Positions 18,722-27,898 of a DNA stretch of 64,000 bases are shown one piece after another. The stretch spans positions 12,592 through 76,591 of the forward strand of contig DATJJY010000088.1 in NCBI GenBank assembly GCA_035491895.1, in the 5' to 3' direction. The DNA comes from Gemmatimonadales bacterium (GTDB taxonomy: Bacteria > Gemmatimonadota > Gemmatimonadetes > Gemmatimonadales > GWC2-71-9). Position 1 is the stretch's first letter; each line of letters starts with the position of its first letter. The notes below the pieces were generated by a model that did not search any database, was not told the origin of the DNA, and was given only the letters and a program-made list of their open reading frames with translations. A program made the position numbers and the translations under genes.

Positions 18722-19228
18722 ATGCTTCGCACCTGGTGCGGCCCGTTGTGCCTCCTGAGCGTCGGCGTGTCGCTCGCCTGCGACGAAGGGCTCAAGCCGC
18801 AGACGGTCTGCCCGCCAAGCTTCCAGGGGATCTGCGGCACCGTCACGTTCCGTGGCGCCCTCCCGGAATCGACCGATGTGGTCTACCTCGTCGCGTACGC
18901 GACCTTCCCGCAATCCCAGACCGATCTCTTCACCTTCCAGCCCGTGCCGCCGCCGACGCTGAGCCTCGACAGCGCCGCCCGCGCGAACGAGCAGGCGTAC
19001 GCCTTGCCGCTCCCCAACGGTACCTATCACTGGGTGCTCGCCGCGTGGAAGAAGCAGGGCGCGCTGTCACAGCAAAACGCCGATTCGCTGCTGCGCGAAG
19101 CGGGTTATTACAGGAATCCCGCCGACACCACGCAGGCCGGGACGGTCGTCGTGAACGGCACCGCGACGGGCGTCGACTTCGTCGTCGATTTCACCAACAT
19201 GCACCCCGTGTCGTACTACTTCCCGTGA
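18722..19228 (+). CDS. hypothetical lipoprotein
   Basis: ATG at 18722 follows GGGAG. The signal peptide plus lipobox is LLSVGVSLAC. The stop overlaps the GTG of the receptor gene. Confidence 0.5.
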   Translation: MLRTWCGPLCLLSVGVSLACDEGLKPQTVCPPSFQGICGTVTFRGALPESTDVVYLVAYATFPQSQTDLFTFQPVPPPTLSLDSAARANEQAYALPLPNGTYHWVLAAWKKQGALSQQNADSLLREAGYYRNPADTTQAGTVVVNGTATGVDFVVDFTNMHPVSYYFP

Positions 19229-21456
19229 AGACCGGCGTGCTGATCGTCACCGCGTGCGCCGTCCCGCTCGTTCTGATGGGCCAGGGGACCGGCAGCGTCA
19301 CCGGAGCGGTGAACGACACGGCGGGCCTCGCGATACGCCAGGCACGGGTGCGCGCGCTCACAAGCGGACCGGGCGCTCGACTCGTCGCGAGCACGCAGAC
19401 GACGGACGCCGGGATGTACCGGCTCGATTCCCTCCCGGCGGGCCGGGTGATCATCGGCGTCGCGGTGATCGGCTTTTTCCCCGCGGTCGACACGATCGAG
19501 GTGGCGGCCGGCGAAACGCTGCGGCACGACTTCCGCTTACGGCTTTCTCCCGTCACGCTGATGCCCACAATCGTCACCGCGGCCAAGCGCTCCCAGCTGC
19601 TGGACCAGGCGATCACCAGCGTCGCACTCGTGTCGCGCGAGGCGATCTCCGCGCGCGCCATCAACACCGTCGACGAGGCGGTCGACAAGGCCCCCGGCGT
19701 CCAGTTCATCAACGGCCAGGTGAACATCCGCGGGTCGTCGGGGTTCGTCGAAGGCCTCGGCAGTCGTGTGTTGCTCCTGGTGGACGGCGTGCCGGCCAAC
19801 CAGGGAGACCGCGGGGGCATCAACTGGGATCTCGTCCCGGTCGACCAGGTGCAACGCGTAGAGGTGGTCAAGGGGGCTGGATCGGCGTTGTACGGATCGT
19901 CGGCGTTCGGCGGCGTCGTGAATCTGATCACGCGCGAGCTGCCGACCGGGGCCCATGCACGCCTGCGCGCGACCGCAGGCGTGCTCGCGGACCCGCCGCA
20001 GCCGGTCTGGGGATTCCGCGACTACACCGGCATCCAGGACGGCGTCGATGTCTCGGCCTCGTACGGACAGGGAGTCGTGCGCGGCGGCCTGGCCGCGGGA
20101 GCGCGGCATTCCGACGGGTACCGCGAGCAGGACAAGGCGGACCACTGGCAGGTGAGCGGCCGCGGAGAATGGCGCCCCGAGCCAGCAATGCTCGTGAACC
20201 TCTCCGGCGCCTGGGCGAGCGACCAGTACCAGGTGCCCGAGCCGTGGTGCCAGAGCGGCCAGTGCACCGATTCGGGCCAGGCGCTGCAGCCGTTCCGGAT
20301 CGACACCGTGAACCGCGGCAACAGCACCCGCTCGGACAAGGGGTACGTCACGGCGCTCGTCACGCGCACGCCGTCGGCGCGGGTCGCCTGGTCGGCGCGG
20401 ATCGGCTGGTTGCGAACCCATTTCACCGACCAGTATCCCGGGCGCCGGCCGCCGTTCGCCCCCGCCGATTTTTCCGTGGCGAACCGCTACGGCGGAGAGG
20501 CCCGGCTCGTGACCCGCCGCGACACCGGCCAGATCGTGACCGTCGGACTCGAGGCCACGCAGTCCGATGTCACGAGCAACGTCTTTTCGGGCGACACCAC
20601 GGGGGGCGGTGGCCGGCACATGCAGGATGAGTACGCGGCGTATGCCGAGGCCGAGCAGGTCATGGGGCCGGTGCGGGCCACGCTCGGGGCACGCGGCGAC
20701 TTCCTCACGATCGACGGCGGCGGCGTCACCGCGTTCGTGAGCCCCCGCGGCGGCCTCGTCTGGCCGACGCGTACCGGGAGCTGGCGCGCATCGGTCGGGC
20801 GTGCCTATCGCGCACCGAGTCTGGCGGAACGGTTCGTCACCACCTACGCGCTGGGGTTCCGGGTCATTCCCAATCCCGCACTGCGAGCGGAGGACGGGTG
20901 GTCGGCGGAGGTCGGGCGCTCGTGGACGCCTCTCTCCTGGTTACGGGGCGACGCCGCAGTGTTCTGGACCGAGGCACGGCACCTCGTCGAGCCATCGATC
21001 ACGCCATCGTTGCTGATCCAGTTCCAGAACCTGCAGCGCGCACGCCTTGCCGGTCTCGATCTCAACGTCACGGCGATGTCCTTCGCACCGCACCTCTCCA
21101 CGACCCTCGCGTATCAGTACCTCTCGGCCCACGAGCTGGCGCACGACACCGTCCCCGAGCGACCGCTCCTCTACCGGCCACGCCACCTCCTGACGCTATC
21201 CGCCGACTACACCTGGCACCGCATCGGCGTCGGAGCCGACTGGCGCTACTCCAGCCGCTTCGAGCGTCAGGATCCGCTCTTTCCCGGCGACCCGCGGCTC
21301 GAGGGGAGGATCCTGGACCTGCGGGCCAGCTGGACGGCTGGGCCGCTGGAGGCGCATCTCAAAGTCGCGAACGCCCTGAACTACATCTACAATCTGGCGC
21401 CGCGGGTGCTCGAGCCGGTGCGCACCACGACGCTCACGCTCACCTACACGTATTAG
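19225..21456 (+). CDS. TonB-dependent receptor with N-terminal carboxypeptidase-regulatory-like domain
   Basis: Plug-domain motifs are present (VDEAVDKAPGVQF, NIRGSS, LLLVDGVPAN, VEVVKGAGSALYGSSAFGGVVNLIT). The C-terminus ends in the aromatic LTLTYTY. Confidence 0.85.
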   Translation: MKTGVLIVTACAVPLVLMGQGTGSVTGAVNDTAGLAIRQARVRALTSGPGARLVASTQTTDAGMYRLDSLPAGRVIIGVAVIGFFPAVDTIEVAAGETLRHDFRLRLSPVTLMPTIVTAAKRSQLLDQAITSVALVSREAISARAINTVDEAVDKAPGVQFINGQVNIRGSSGFVEGLGSRVLLLVDGVPANQGDRGGINWDLVPVDQVQRVEVVKGAGSALYGSSAFGGVVNLITRELPTGAHARLRATAGVLADPPQPVWGFRDYTGIQDGVDVSASYGQGVVRGGLAAGARHSDGYREQDKADHWQVSGRGEWRPEPAMLVNLSGAWASDQYQVPEPWCQSGQCTDSGQALQPFRIDTVNRGNSTRSDKGYVTALVTRTPSARVAWSARIGWLRTHFTDQYPGRRPPFAPADFSVANRYGGEARLVTRRDTGQIVTVGLEATQSDVTSNVFSGDTTGGGGRHMQDEYAAYAEAEQVMGPVRATLGARGDFLTIDGGGVTAFVSPRGGLVWPTRTGSWRASVGRAYRAPSLAERFVTTYALGFRVIPNPALRAEDGWSAEVGRSWTPLSWLRGDAAVFWTEARHLVEPSITPSLLIQFQNLQRARLAGLDLNVTAMSFAPHLSTTLAYQYLSAHELAHDTVPERPLLYRPRHLLTLSADYTWHRIGVGADWRYSSRFERQDPLFPGDPRLEGRILDLRASWTAGPLEAHLKVANALNYIYNLAPRVLEPVRTTTLTLTYTY

Positions 21457-21465
21457 CTTACGTTC

Positions 21466-21978
21466 ATGCTTCGCCGCGCCCCGCTGCTGGCGCTCCTCGC
21501 CGTCGCCTGCGCCGTCGACCCGCACCGCTCCCCGGTGTGCGGCATGGCGCTGCTCGTGGGACCCCGATTGATCCTCGACCAGATCGGAAACGAGCATGCC
21601 CTCCTGACCGACGCCCCGCGCGGCTTGCCCGCGTCGCTGCCGGCGCGCCTGGTGGGCGGCTCGGACTCGACGTTCGTGCGCGTGTCGAGCGAGCGGGATC
21701 ACGTCGTGCTGGAGTACCAGGGGGGAAAGCTCCCGATCGTCACCGCAGACACGAACGGCCGGGATTCCACCGTATTCGGTGTGTTGCTCGTGGACGACTC
21801 GACCGCCACCGTGCAGGGAGTGCTCATTTTCGACCGCCCGCGCCCGCCGAGCGACTTCCCGCAGATCGGGCGTCTCGTGGACGCAGACCGATCGGTGCCG
21901 TTCTATGGCGCGCGCGTCAACTGGGCGAGCGTGAGCAACCCGCGTTGTCCGCTGCTCGGTAAGCCCGCCAAGCCGTGA
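21466..21978 (+). CDS. hypothetical secreted protein or lipoprotein
   Basis: Signal-like N-terminus MLRRAPLLALLAVACA. Tightly packed between the receptor gene and the C26 gene. Confidence 0.45.
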   Translation: MLRRAPLLALLAVACAVDPHRSPVCGMALLVGPRLILDQIGNEHALLTDAPRGLPASLPARLVGGSDSTFVRVSSERDHVVLEYQGGKLPIVTADTNGRDSTVFGVLLVDDSTATVQGVLIFDRPRPPSDFPQIGRLVDADRSVPFYGARVNWASVSNPRCPLLGKPAKP

Positions 21979-22694
21979 GTCCCGTCGTCGCGGTCAGCGC
22001 CCCGCTCCGCACGGACCTCGGGCGGGCGCGGGTCGCGCTGAACGCGGCCTACGCGCGCGCAGCAATTGCCGCCGGGCTCACGCCGCTCGTCGTTCCCCCG
22101 CTCATTGCGCCGGCCCACGCCGCGGACGTGATCGCCTGCGTCGGCGGGTTGATGCTCACCGGCGGAGAAGACGTGGATCCCCGATACTACGGCGAGACGC
22201 GACATGCGAGCCTCGAGGAAACGGACGACGCACGCGACGCCGTCGAGCTCGCGCTGTACCACGCGGCGCGCGAGCGCCGGGTCCCGATCCTCGCGATCTG
22301 CCGCGGCATTCAGCTCGTCAACGTCGCCGAAGGGGGAACGCTGTATCAGGATCTGCCGAGCCAGGTTCCCGCGTCGGGCGCCCATTCGGGAACGAATGTC
22401 CGGCATGGGCTGCGGATCGAACGCGGCTCGCTGCTGGAGCGCGTCGCCGGACACCCGGCGAGCGTGAATTCGCGGCACCACCAGGCGGTGAAGGATCTCG
22501 CCCCCGCGCTCCGCGCCGTCGCCTGGGCGGAGGACGGTGTGATCGAAGGCGTCGAGGCGCCTGACGAAGCCACGGGTTGGCTGCTCGGCGTGCAATGGCA
22601 TCCCGAGGACGACGTCGAAGCAGGGTTGTTCGAGGGTTTCGCGCGCGCCGTGCAGCGCGCGGCTACAGGCTCCGCAGCAGTCGGTCTTCGGTGA
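21975..22694 (+). CDS. gamma-glutamyl hydrolase / class-I glutamine amidotransferase (peptidase C26, PuuD-like)
   Basis: LTGGEDVDP, ILAICRGIQLVN (nucleophile Cys) and SRHHQAV. The GTG start overlaps the upstream TGA. Confidence 0.8.
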   Translation: MSPVVAVSAPLRTDLGRARVALNAAYARAAIAAGLTPLVVPPLIAPAHAADVIACVGGLMLTGGEDVDPRYYGETRHASLEETDDARDAVELALYHAARERRVPILAICRGIQLVNVAEGGTLYQDLPSQVPASGAHSGTNVRHGLRIERGSLLERVAGHPASVNSRHHQAVKDLAPALRAVAWAEDGVIEGVEAPDEATGWLLGVQWHPEDDVEAGLFEGFARAVQRAATGSAAVGLR

Positions 22695-23370
22695 CGAGAT
22701 TCGGAAACAGCACGCGATCGGAGAGGCGGTTCAACGCCTGCCGCACCGCCGGGAAACGCTCGGCGGCGAGCCGGTAGATCGCGGCGACGCCGAAGCGCTC
22801 GGCGAGGGCGTGATCGGCGGCGCCACCGAAGCCGCTGCGTCCCAAGGCATCGTAGTAGGGAAGATCCGGACCGCCGCGCCGCCGCCGCCGCACCGCGACG
22901 TAGTCCGGGAAGAGGCCCGCCAGCCACAGGCTGTAGTTCCCGAGATGCACCTGCAGGTGGAAGCGCCGCACCCCCGATTCACCTTCCTGGGCCAGATCGT
23001 TCACTATTTCCACGAGATAGTGGTAGGTTTGGTCATCGACACCCTGTGCCCGATGGGCCCGATCCTGCCGCCCGAACTCGAGCAGCAGGGCCGCGAGGTA
23101 ATCGGCCAGGGGACGGTCGTCGACGCCCGCAGCCAAGAGGGCATGTCGCACCGCCACGTAGGCGAAGAGGGGGGCGGAGGGCGACACCAGAGAGCGGTAC
23201 GACAGCAGGGCCTCGAACAGGTCCGGCTCGTCGAGCAGCCCGTCCGGTCCTTCGTGCGCGAGGCGCTGCTCGGCGCGGGCCCGGGCCGCGGGATCGCGAC
23301 GCGCGAGGGCGACCAGGACCACACGGCAATCGGGTCCGCGTAGGCGGGCGCGAACGTTCGCGAGGATCAT
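22663..23370 (-). CDS. hypothetical protein
   Basis: ORF 22663..23391 with protein-like composition and no recognised motif. The ATG at 23370 shares a CATG with the divergent kinase start. Confidence 0.45.
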   Translation of the reverse strand: MILANVRARLRGPDCRVVLVALARRDPAARARAEQRLAHEGPDGLLDEPDLFEALLSYRSLVSPSAPLFAYVAVRHALLAAGVDDRPLADYLAALLLEFGRQDRAHRAQGVDDQTYHYLVEIVNDLAQEGESGVRRFHLQVHLGNYSLWLAGLFPDYVAVRRRRRGGPDLPYYDALGRSGFGGAADHALAERFGVAAIYRLAAERFPAVRQALNRLSDRVLFPNLVTEDRLLRSL

Positions 23371-25324
23371 GCACCAGGCCTCATCGACCAAACCTCCGGC
23401 TCGGCTCTCCTACCAGGATGCCCTCGCGCGGCTCACCGCTCTGTCGCGCGAGCTGGCCGGCGCCTATCGGCCGGCGACGGTCATCGAGCGGTTGGTGGCG
23501 GCGATTACCGAGCTGCTCGCCCCCGACCGGCTCACCATCTTAGCGCTCGACGTCGATACCAACAGGTTGCAGATCGCGTACCACCGCGGCGGTGAGCGAC
23601 CGCACATCGACGATCCCCTGCTGCAGCTCCCGATGCGCCGGGGACCGATGGTGTTCAGCCATCACGTGCTGGAGCAGGCCGGGCGCCACGGCGTGACGGT
23701 GATGCAGGACGTAGCGGCGTGGATGGGTGCGCCGATCCAGGCCGTGGGCCGCAGCATCGGCGTCGTCGCCGTCGCCTCCGAGCGCCCCGACGTCTTCGGA
23801 GCCGAAGAGCTCGCCCTGCTCAGCGCGGTCGTGTCGCAGGCCGCCATCGCGCTCGAGAACGCCCGGCTGTTGCACCTCCTCTCGTCCGGCAAGCGGCAGT
23901 GGGAGCTGACGGTCGACGCCATCAAGCAGGCGATCTGCATCGTCGACGAGCGCGGGATGGTGCGCCGCGCCAACCGGGTGTTCGCCGATCTCGTGCAGCT
24001 GCCGGTGACCGCGCTGCCGGGGCGCTCGTGGATGAGCCTCCTTCCCCCCGCGTGGGCATCGATCGTGTCGCAGGCGCTCGCCGAGCCGGGACCGCACGAG
24101 ATCCGGACCGGCGCCCGCGACTACTCCGTCAGTGCCGTCCGGATGGAAGGCGCCGAGGACGAGGCGGCGGTGCTGTCGTTCGAGGACCATACCGAGAAAC
24201 GCCACCTCCAGGATCAGCTGATCCAGTCGGAGAAGATGTCGGCGATCGGGCAATTGATCGCCGGAATCGCGCACGACCTCAACAACCCGCTCGCCTCCGT
24301 GGTCGGGTTCTCCGACTTCCTCGCCGAGTCGGGCGACGTGCCGCCAGCGCTCGCCGAGCCGCTGCGCGTGATCCGCCAGGAGGCCGAGCGCGCCGCCACG
24401 ATCGTGAAGAATCTGCTCTCGTTCGCGCGCCGCCAGGAGGGTGAGCGGCATCCCCAACAGCTGCAACCGCTGCTCGAGTCGGTCCTGGCGCTGCTCCGGA
24501 ACGAGATGATGGCGTTGAACGTGGAAACGGCGTTGTACGTCGAGCCCAACATCCCCGACATCGAGATGAACCCGAACCAGATCAAGCAGGTGTTCGTCAA
24601 CCTGCTGACCAACGCCGCCCAGGCGATCGCCGGCTCCGGTCACGGGGGACACGTCACCGTCACCGCGAAGCGCTGGCTCGACGGCGTCGCCGTGAGTGTG
24701 GCCGACGACGGGCCCGGCATCCCCGAGGACCTCCTGCCCCGCGTGTTCGAGCCCTTCTTCACGACCAAGACCGAAGGCGAGGGGACCGGACTCGGCCTGT
24801 CGATCTGCCAGGGCATCATCAAGGAGCACGGCGGCCGCATCACGCTGGAGTCGAGTGTCGGTGTGGGCGCGACCTTCACGGTGGAGCTCCTGAGCGGGGT
24901 GCGCCCGCAGCGGCCGTCGCAACCCGTCAAAGCCGTCGCGACGGCCGGCACGCTGCGCGTCCTGGTGGTCGACGACGAGCCGCACATCCTCCATTACATG
25001 CGCGCGACGCTCGAAAGCTGGGGCCACACCGTCGAAGTCGCGAGCGACGGCACCGAGGCGGTGGAGCGAGCGCTCGTGATCCCCTTCGACGTCATCATCT
25101 GCGACCTGCGGATGCCCCGGCTCGGCGGCCGCGAGATGTACAACAACCTCGCGCGGCAGTATCCCCACATCGCCCGCAAGGTGATCTTCGCCACCGGCGA
25201 CACCGTGCGCGGCGACACGCTGCAATTCCTCGAGCAGCTGGGGCGCCCCTTCCTGCACAAGCCCTTCACCCTCGCCGAGCTTCGCACCGTCCTCGGGAAC
25301 GTCGCCGCCGGCGGCAATCAGTAG
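23369..25324 (+). CDS. hybrid sensor histidine kinase (GAF-PAS-HisKA-HATPase-REC)
   Basis: H-box IAGIAHDLNNPL, N/G boxes (NLLTNAAQA, DDGPGIP, GTGLGLSICQGII), and a C-terminal receiver LRVLVVDDEP...ICDLRMP. Confidence 0.85.
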   Translation: MHQASSTKPPARLSYQDALARLTALSRELAGAYRPATVIERLVAAITELLAPDRLTILALDVDTNRLQIAYHRGGERPHIDDPLLQLPMRRGPMVFSHHVLEQAGRHGVTVMQDVAAWMGAPIQAVGRSIGVVAVASERPDVFGAEELALLSAVVSQAAIALENARLLHLLSSGKRQWELTVDAIKQAICIVDERGMVRRANRVFADLVQLPVTALPGRSWMSLLPPAWASIVSQALAEPGPHEIRTGARDYSVSAVRMEGAEDEAAVLSFEDHTEKRHLQDQLIQSEKMSAIGQLIAGIAHDLNNPLASVVGFSDFLAESGDVPPALAEPLRVIRQEAERAATIVKNLLSFARRQEGERHPQQLQPLLESVLALLRNEMMALNVETALYVEPNIPDIEMNPNQIKQVFVNLLTNAAQAIAGSGHGGHVTVTAKRWLDGVAVSVADDGPGIPEDLLPRVFEPFFTTKTEGEGTGLGLSICQGIIKEHGGRITLESSVGVGATFTVELLSGVRPQRPSQPVKAVATAGTLRVLVVDDEPHILHYMRATLESWGHTVEVASDGTEAVERALVIPFDVIICDLRMPRLGGREMYNNLARQYPHIARKVIFATGDTVRGDTLQFLEQLGRPFLHKPFTLAELRTVLGNVAAGGNQ

Positions 25325-25330
25325 CTCATC

Positions 25331-26362
25331 ATGCGCGTCCTGCACGTGGACGCGGGCCGGGAGTGGCGCGGCGGCCAGAATCAGGTCCGGCTGCTGCTGC
25401 GCGAGCTGGCGCACGAGCGGGATGTCGACGTGCGGCTCGTCACCCACCGCGCCGGCGAGCTCGCCCGCCGCGTGGCGCGGGATGGCACGCCACTCGACGG
25501 GCTCACCTGGTCGCTCGGGCTCGACCCGCGTGCCTGGTGGGCGATCCGCCGTGCGCTGCGAACGTTCCGACCCCACCTCGTACACGTTCACGATAGTCAC
25601 TCGCTGACATTGTGCCGCTTCGCCAGACCGCCGGTTCCGCTCATCGCCCATCGGCGCGTGGACTTCCACGTGCGGGCGAGGAGTGCCTGGCACACCGCGG
25701 ACCGCATCGTGGCGATTTCCGCGGCGGTCGAGCGGGTCCTCGTCGCTGACGGTGTGCGGCCGGACCGCATCACCGTCATCCCTGATGGCATCGACCCGGC
25801 CGAGATTCAGGCCAACGCCTCACATCCGTTTGGTATCCGGGATCGATTGTCCCTGCCGCCTCATACCCCGCTGGCCGTCAACGTGGCGGCCCTTGTGGAC
25901 CACAAGGATCAGCTCACCCTGATCCGCGCCGCCCGAGAAGCGCGCCCCTTGGAACCGGATCTGCACTGGCTCATCGCGGGTGACGGTGAGCGGCGTGGGG
26001 CCCTCGAGGCGGAGATCGCCCGGCTCACGCTCGGCGACCGCGTCCACCTCCTGGGGTATATCAACGAAGTCGATGCACTGATTCGGGAAGCCGATGTCTT
26101 CGTCATGTCATCCAGAGAGGAAGGACTCGGCAGCGTGATCCTGCACGCGCTGGCGCTCGGCAAACCCGTCGTGTCCACTGCGGCAGGGGGCATTCCGGAG
26201 ATTCTCGAGCCGCAATCGCTCGTGCCGGTCGCCGATCCGCAGGCGCTCGCTCGCACGGTGGTCGCGACGCTCGCGTCCCCGCCGCGATCTTCCCTGCCCG
26301 ATCGCTGCACCGCCAAGTCGATGGCGCAGGCCACCTTGGCTCTGTATCGCTCGCTCGTCTAG
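25331..26362 (+). CDS. glycosyltransferase, GT4 (GT-B) family
   Basis: 343 aa with a C-terminal E..G..ILHALALGKPVVSTAAGGIPE-type motif. It starts 6 nt after the kinase stop. Confidence 0.75.
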   Translation: MRVLHVDAGREWRGGQNQVRLLLRELAHERDVDVRLVTHRAGELARRVARDGTPLDGLTWSLGLDPRAWWAIRRALRTFRPHLVHVHDSHSLTLCRFARPPVPLIAHRRVDFHVRARSAWHTADRIVAISAAVERVLVADGVRPDRITVIPDGIDPAEIQANASHPFGIRDRLSLPPHTPLAVNVAALVDHKDQLTLIRAAREARPLEPDLHWLIAGDGERRGALEAEIARLTLGDRVHLLGYINEVDALIREADVFVMSSREEGLGSVILHALALGKPVVSTAAGGIPEILEPQSLVPVADPQALARTVVATLASPPRSSLPDRCTAKSMAQATLALYRSLV

Positions 26363-26374
26363 ATTGCAAGTCCA

Positions 26375-27898
26375 ATGATCTACGTGTGCGTTCCCGTGCA
26401 TAACGAGGCGAAGACCGCCGGCCTCGTCCTGTGGAAGGTCCGTCAGGTCTTCACGGCGTTTCAGCGGGAGTACCAGCTGCTGGTGTGCGACGACGGCTCG
26501 ACCGACGGGACGGGGGAGGTGCTGACCCGCTACTCCCGCGTGCTGCCGCTGAGCATCACCACTCACCGCGAACGCCGCGGCTACGCACGCAGCCTCGAAG
26601 AGCTGCTGCGCCTCGCGCTCGAGCGCACCGACCGACCCAAGCGCGACTGCGCGATCACCCTCGCCGCCGATTTCCTGTATTCGCCCGATGCGATGGACGA
26701 CATGGTGAAGCGCATCGAGTCGGGAGCCGACCTCGTGGTGGCCGAGCAGGTGGCGGGAGCGGGTCAACGTCCCCGCGCCCATCGCTTCGTGCGCCACTGG
26801 ACACCGCGCCTCTTGCCTGTGCACGGAGTGCGCGACTCCGTCTCCGGTTTCCTGGCGCTACGCCTCATTACTCTGCGTCAGGCGCTGCGCCCTATCTCCG
26901 ACGCCTTGCTGCGCACCGACGGCTGGATCGCCAACGCGGAGCTCCTGGCCCGGCTGGTGCCGCATGCCCGGCGCGTCGATACCGTCCCCGTCACCGGCCG
27001 CTACGACCTGCGGCAGCGCCCCTCGCGGATTCAGCCGTGGCAGATGCTGATGGCGGCGTGGCGGGCCCGACCGGTGATCCGCGCCGCCGGGGCCGCCGTC
27101 CTGTTGCTCGCGGCCTGCGGGATCGGGTCGGTCGCGGCGCAGCAGGACACCGTTGCCCATCCGGCCGCGACACCGCCCGCCGCTGCCGCGGCGCCAGCGG
27201 CCCCGCCGCCTCAGCCGGTGCCGTTTCCGATCGGCGAGCGCATGGTGTTCTCGGCCAAGTACGGACCCTTCAGCGTCGGCGAAGCGACGATGGAGGTCGC
27301 CGGCCTCGATACGATCCGCGGCGCCGAAATGGTGCACATCACGTTCCACATCCAGGGCGGCGCGCTCTGGTACCATCTCGACCAGCTGCTCGAATCGTGG
27401 GTGGGACGCAACGACTTTCGCTCGCGCCGCTATGTCACCCAGACCGAAGAGCGGGGCAAGAAGCGCAACAACACGTTCGAGATCTTCCCCGACTCCGGAT
27501 TCTACCGCGAAGCGGGAGTGGACAGCGCCAAGCCGACGGTGGCCGATCCGCTCGATGATGCGGCGTTCCTCTACTGGGTGCGCACGGTTCCGCTCGAAGT
27601 GGGCAAGCGCTACGAGTATCGGCGCTACTTCCGTCCCGACCGTAATCCGGTGATCGTCGTGGTCGAAAAGCGCGAGAAGATTGGTGTCGCGGGCAAGAAG
27701 TTCAACGCGATCGTCATCCGGCCGATCATTCCCAAAGGGCGGGGCATTTTTGCCGAGCAGGCCGAGGCCCACATCTGGCTGTCGGACGACCCGCAGCACC
27801 TCATCCTCGCGCTGCAGTCGAATTTCTCGTTCGGCACGGTCACCCTGAAGCTCAAGCAGTTCTCGGTCCCCCCAGCCCCCCCGCCGGGGCACCCATGA
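26375..27898 (+). CDS. fusion protein: GT2 (polyprenyl-phosphate glycosyltransferase-like) + TM segment + DUF3108-like domain
   Basis: The N-terminus has VCVPVHNEA and LLVCDDGSTDGT. A hydrophobic segment AAVLLLAACGIGSVAA lies mid-protein. The C-terminal ~230 aa (GERMVFSAKYGPFSVGEATMEV...YVTQTEERGKKR) resemble DUF3108. It is one uninterrupted ORF. Confidence 0.6.
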   Translation: MIYVCVPVHNEAKTAGLVLWKVRQVFTAFQREYQLLVCDDGSTDGTGEVLTRYSRVLPLSITTHRERRGYARSLEELLRLALERTDRPKRDCAITLAADFLYSPDAMDDMVKRIESGADLVVAEQVAGAGQRPRAHRFVRHWTPRLLPVHGVRDSVSGFLALRLITLRQALRPISDALLRTDGWIANAELLARLVPHARRVDTVPVTGRYDLRQRPSRIQPWQMLMAAWRARPVIRAAGAAVLLLAACGIGSVAAQQDTVAHPAATPPAAAAAPAAPPPQPVPFPIGERMVFSAKYGPFSVGEATMEVAGLDTIRGAEMVHITFHIQGGALWYHLDQLLESWVGRNDFRSRRYVTQTEERGKKRNNTFEIFPDSGFYREAGVDSAKPTVADPLDDAAFLYWVRTVPLEVGKRYEYRRYFRPDRNPVIVVVEKREKIGVAGKKFNAIVIRPIIPKGRGIFAEQAEAHIWLSDDPQHLILALQSNFSFGTVTLKLKQFSVPPAPPPGHP

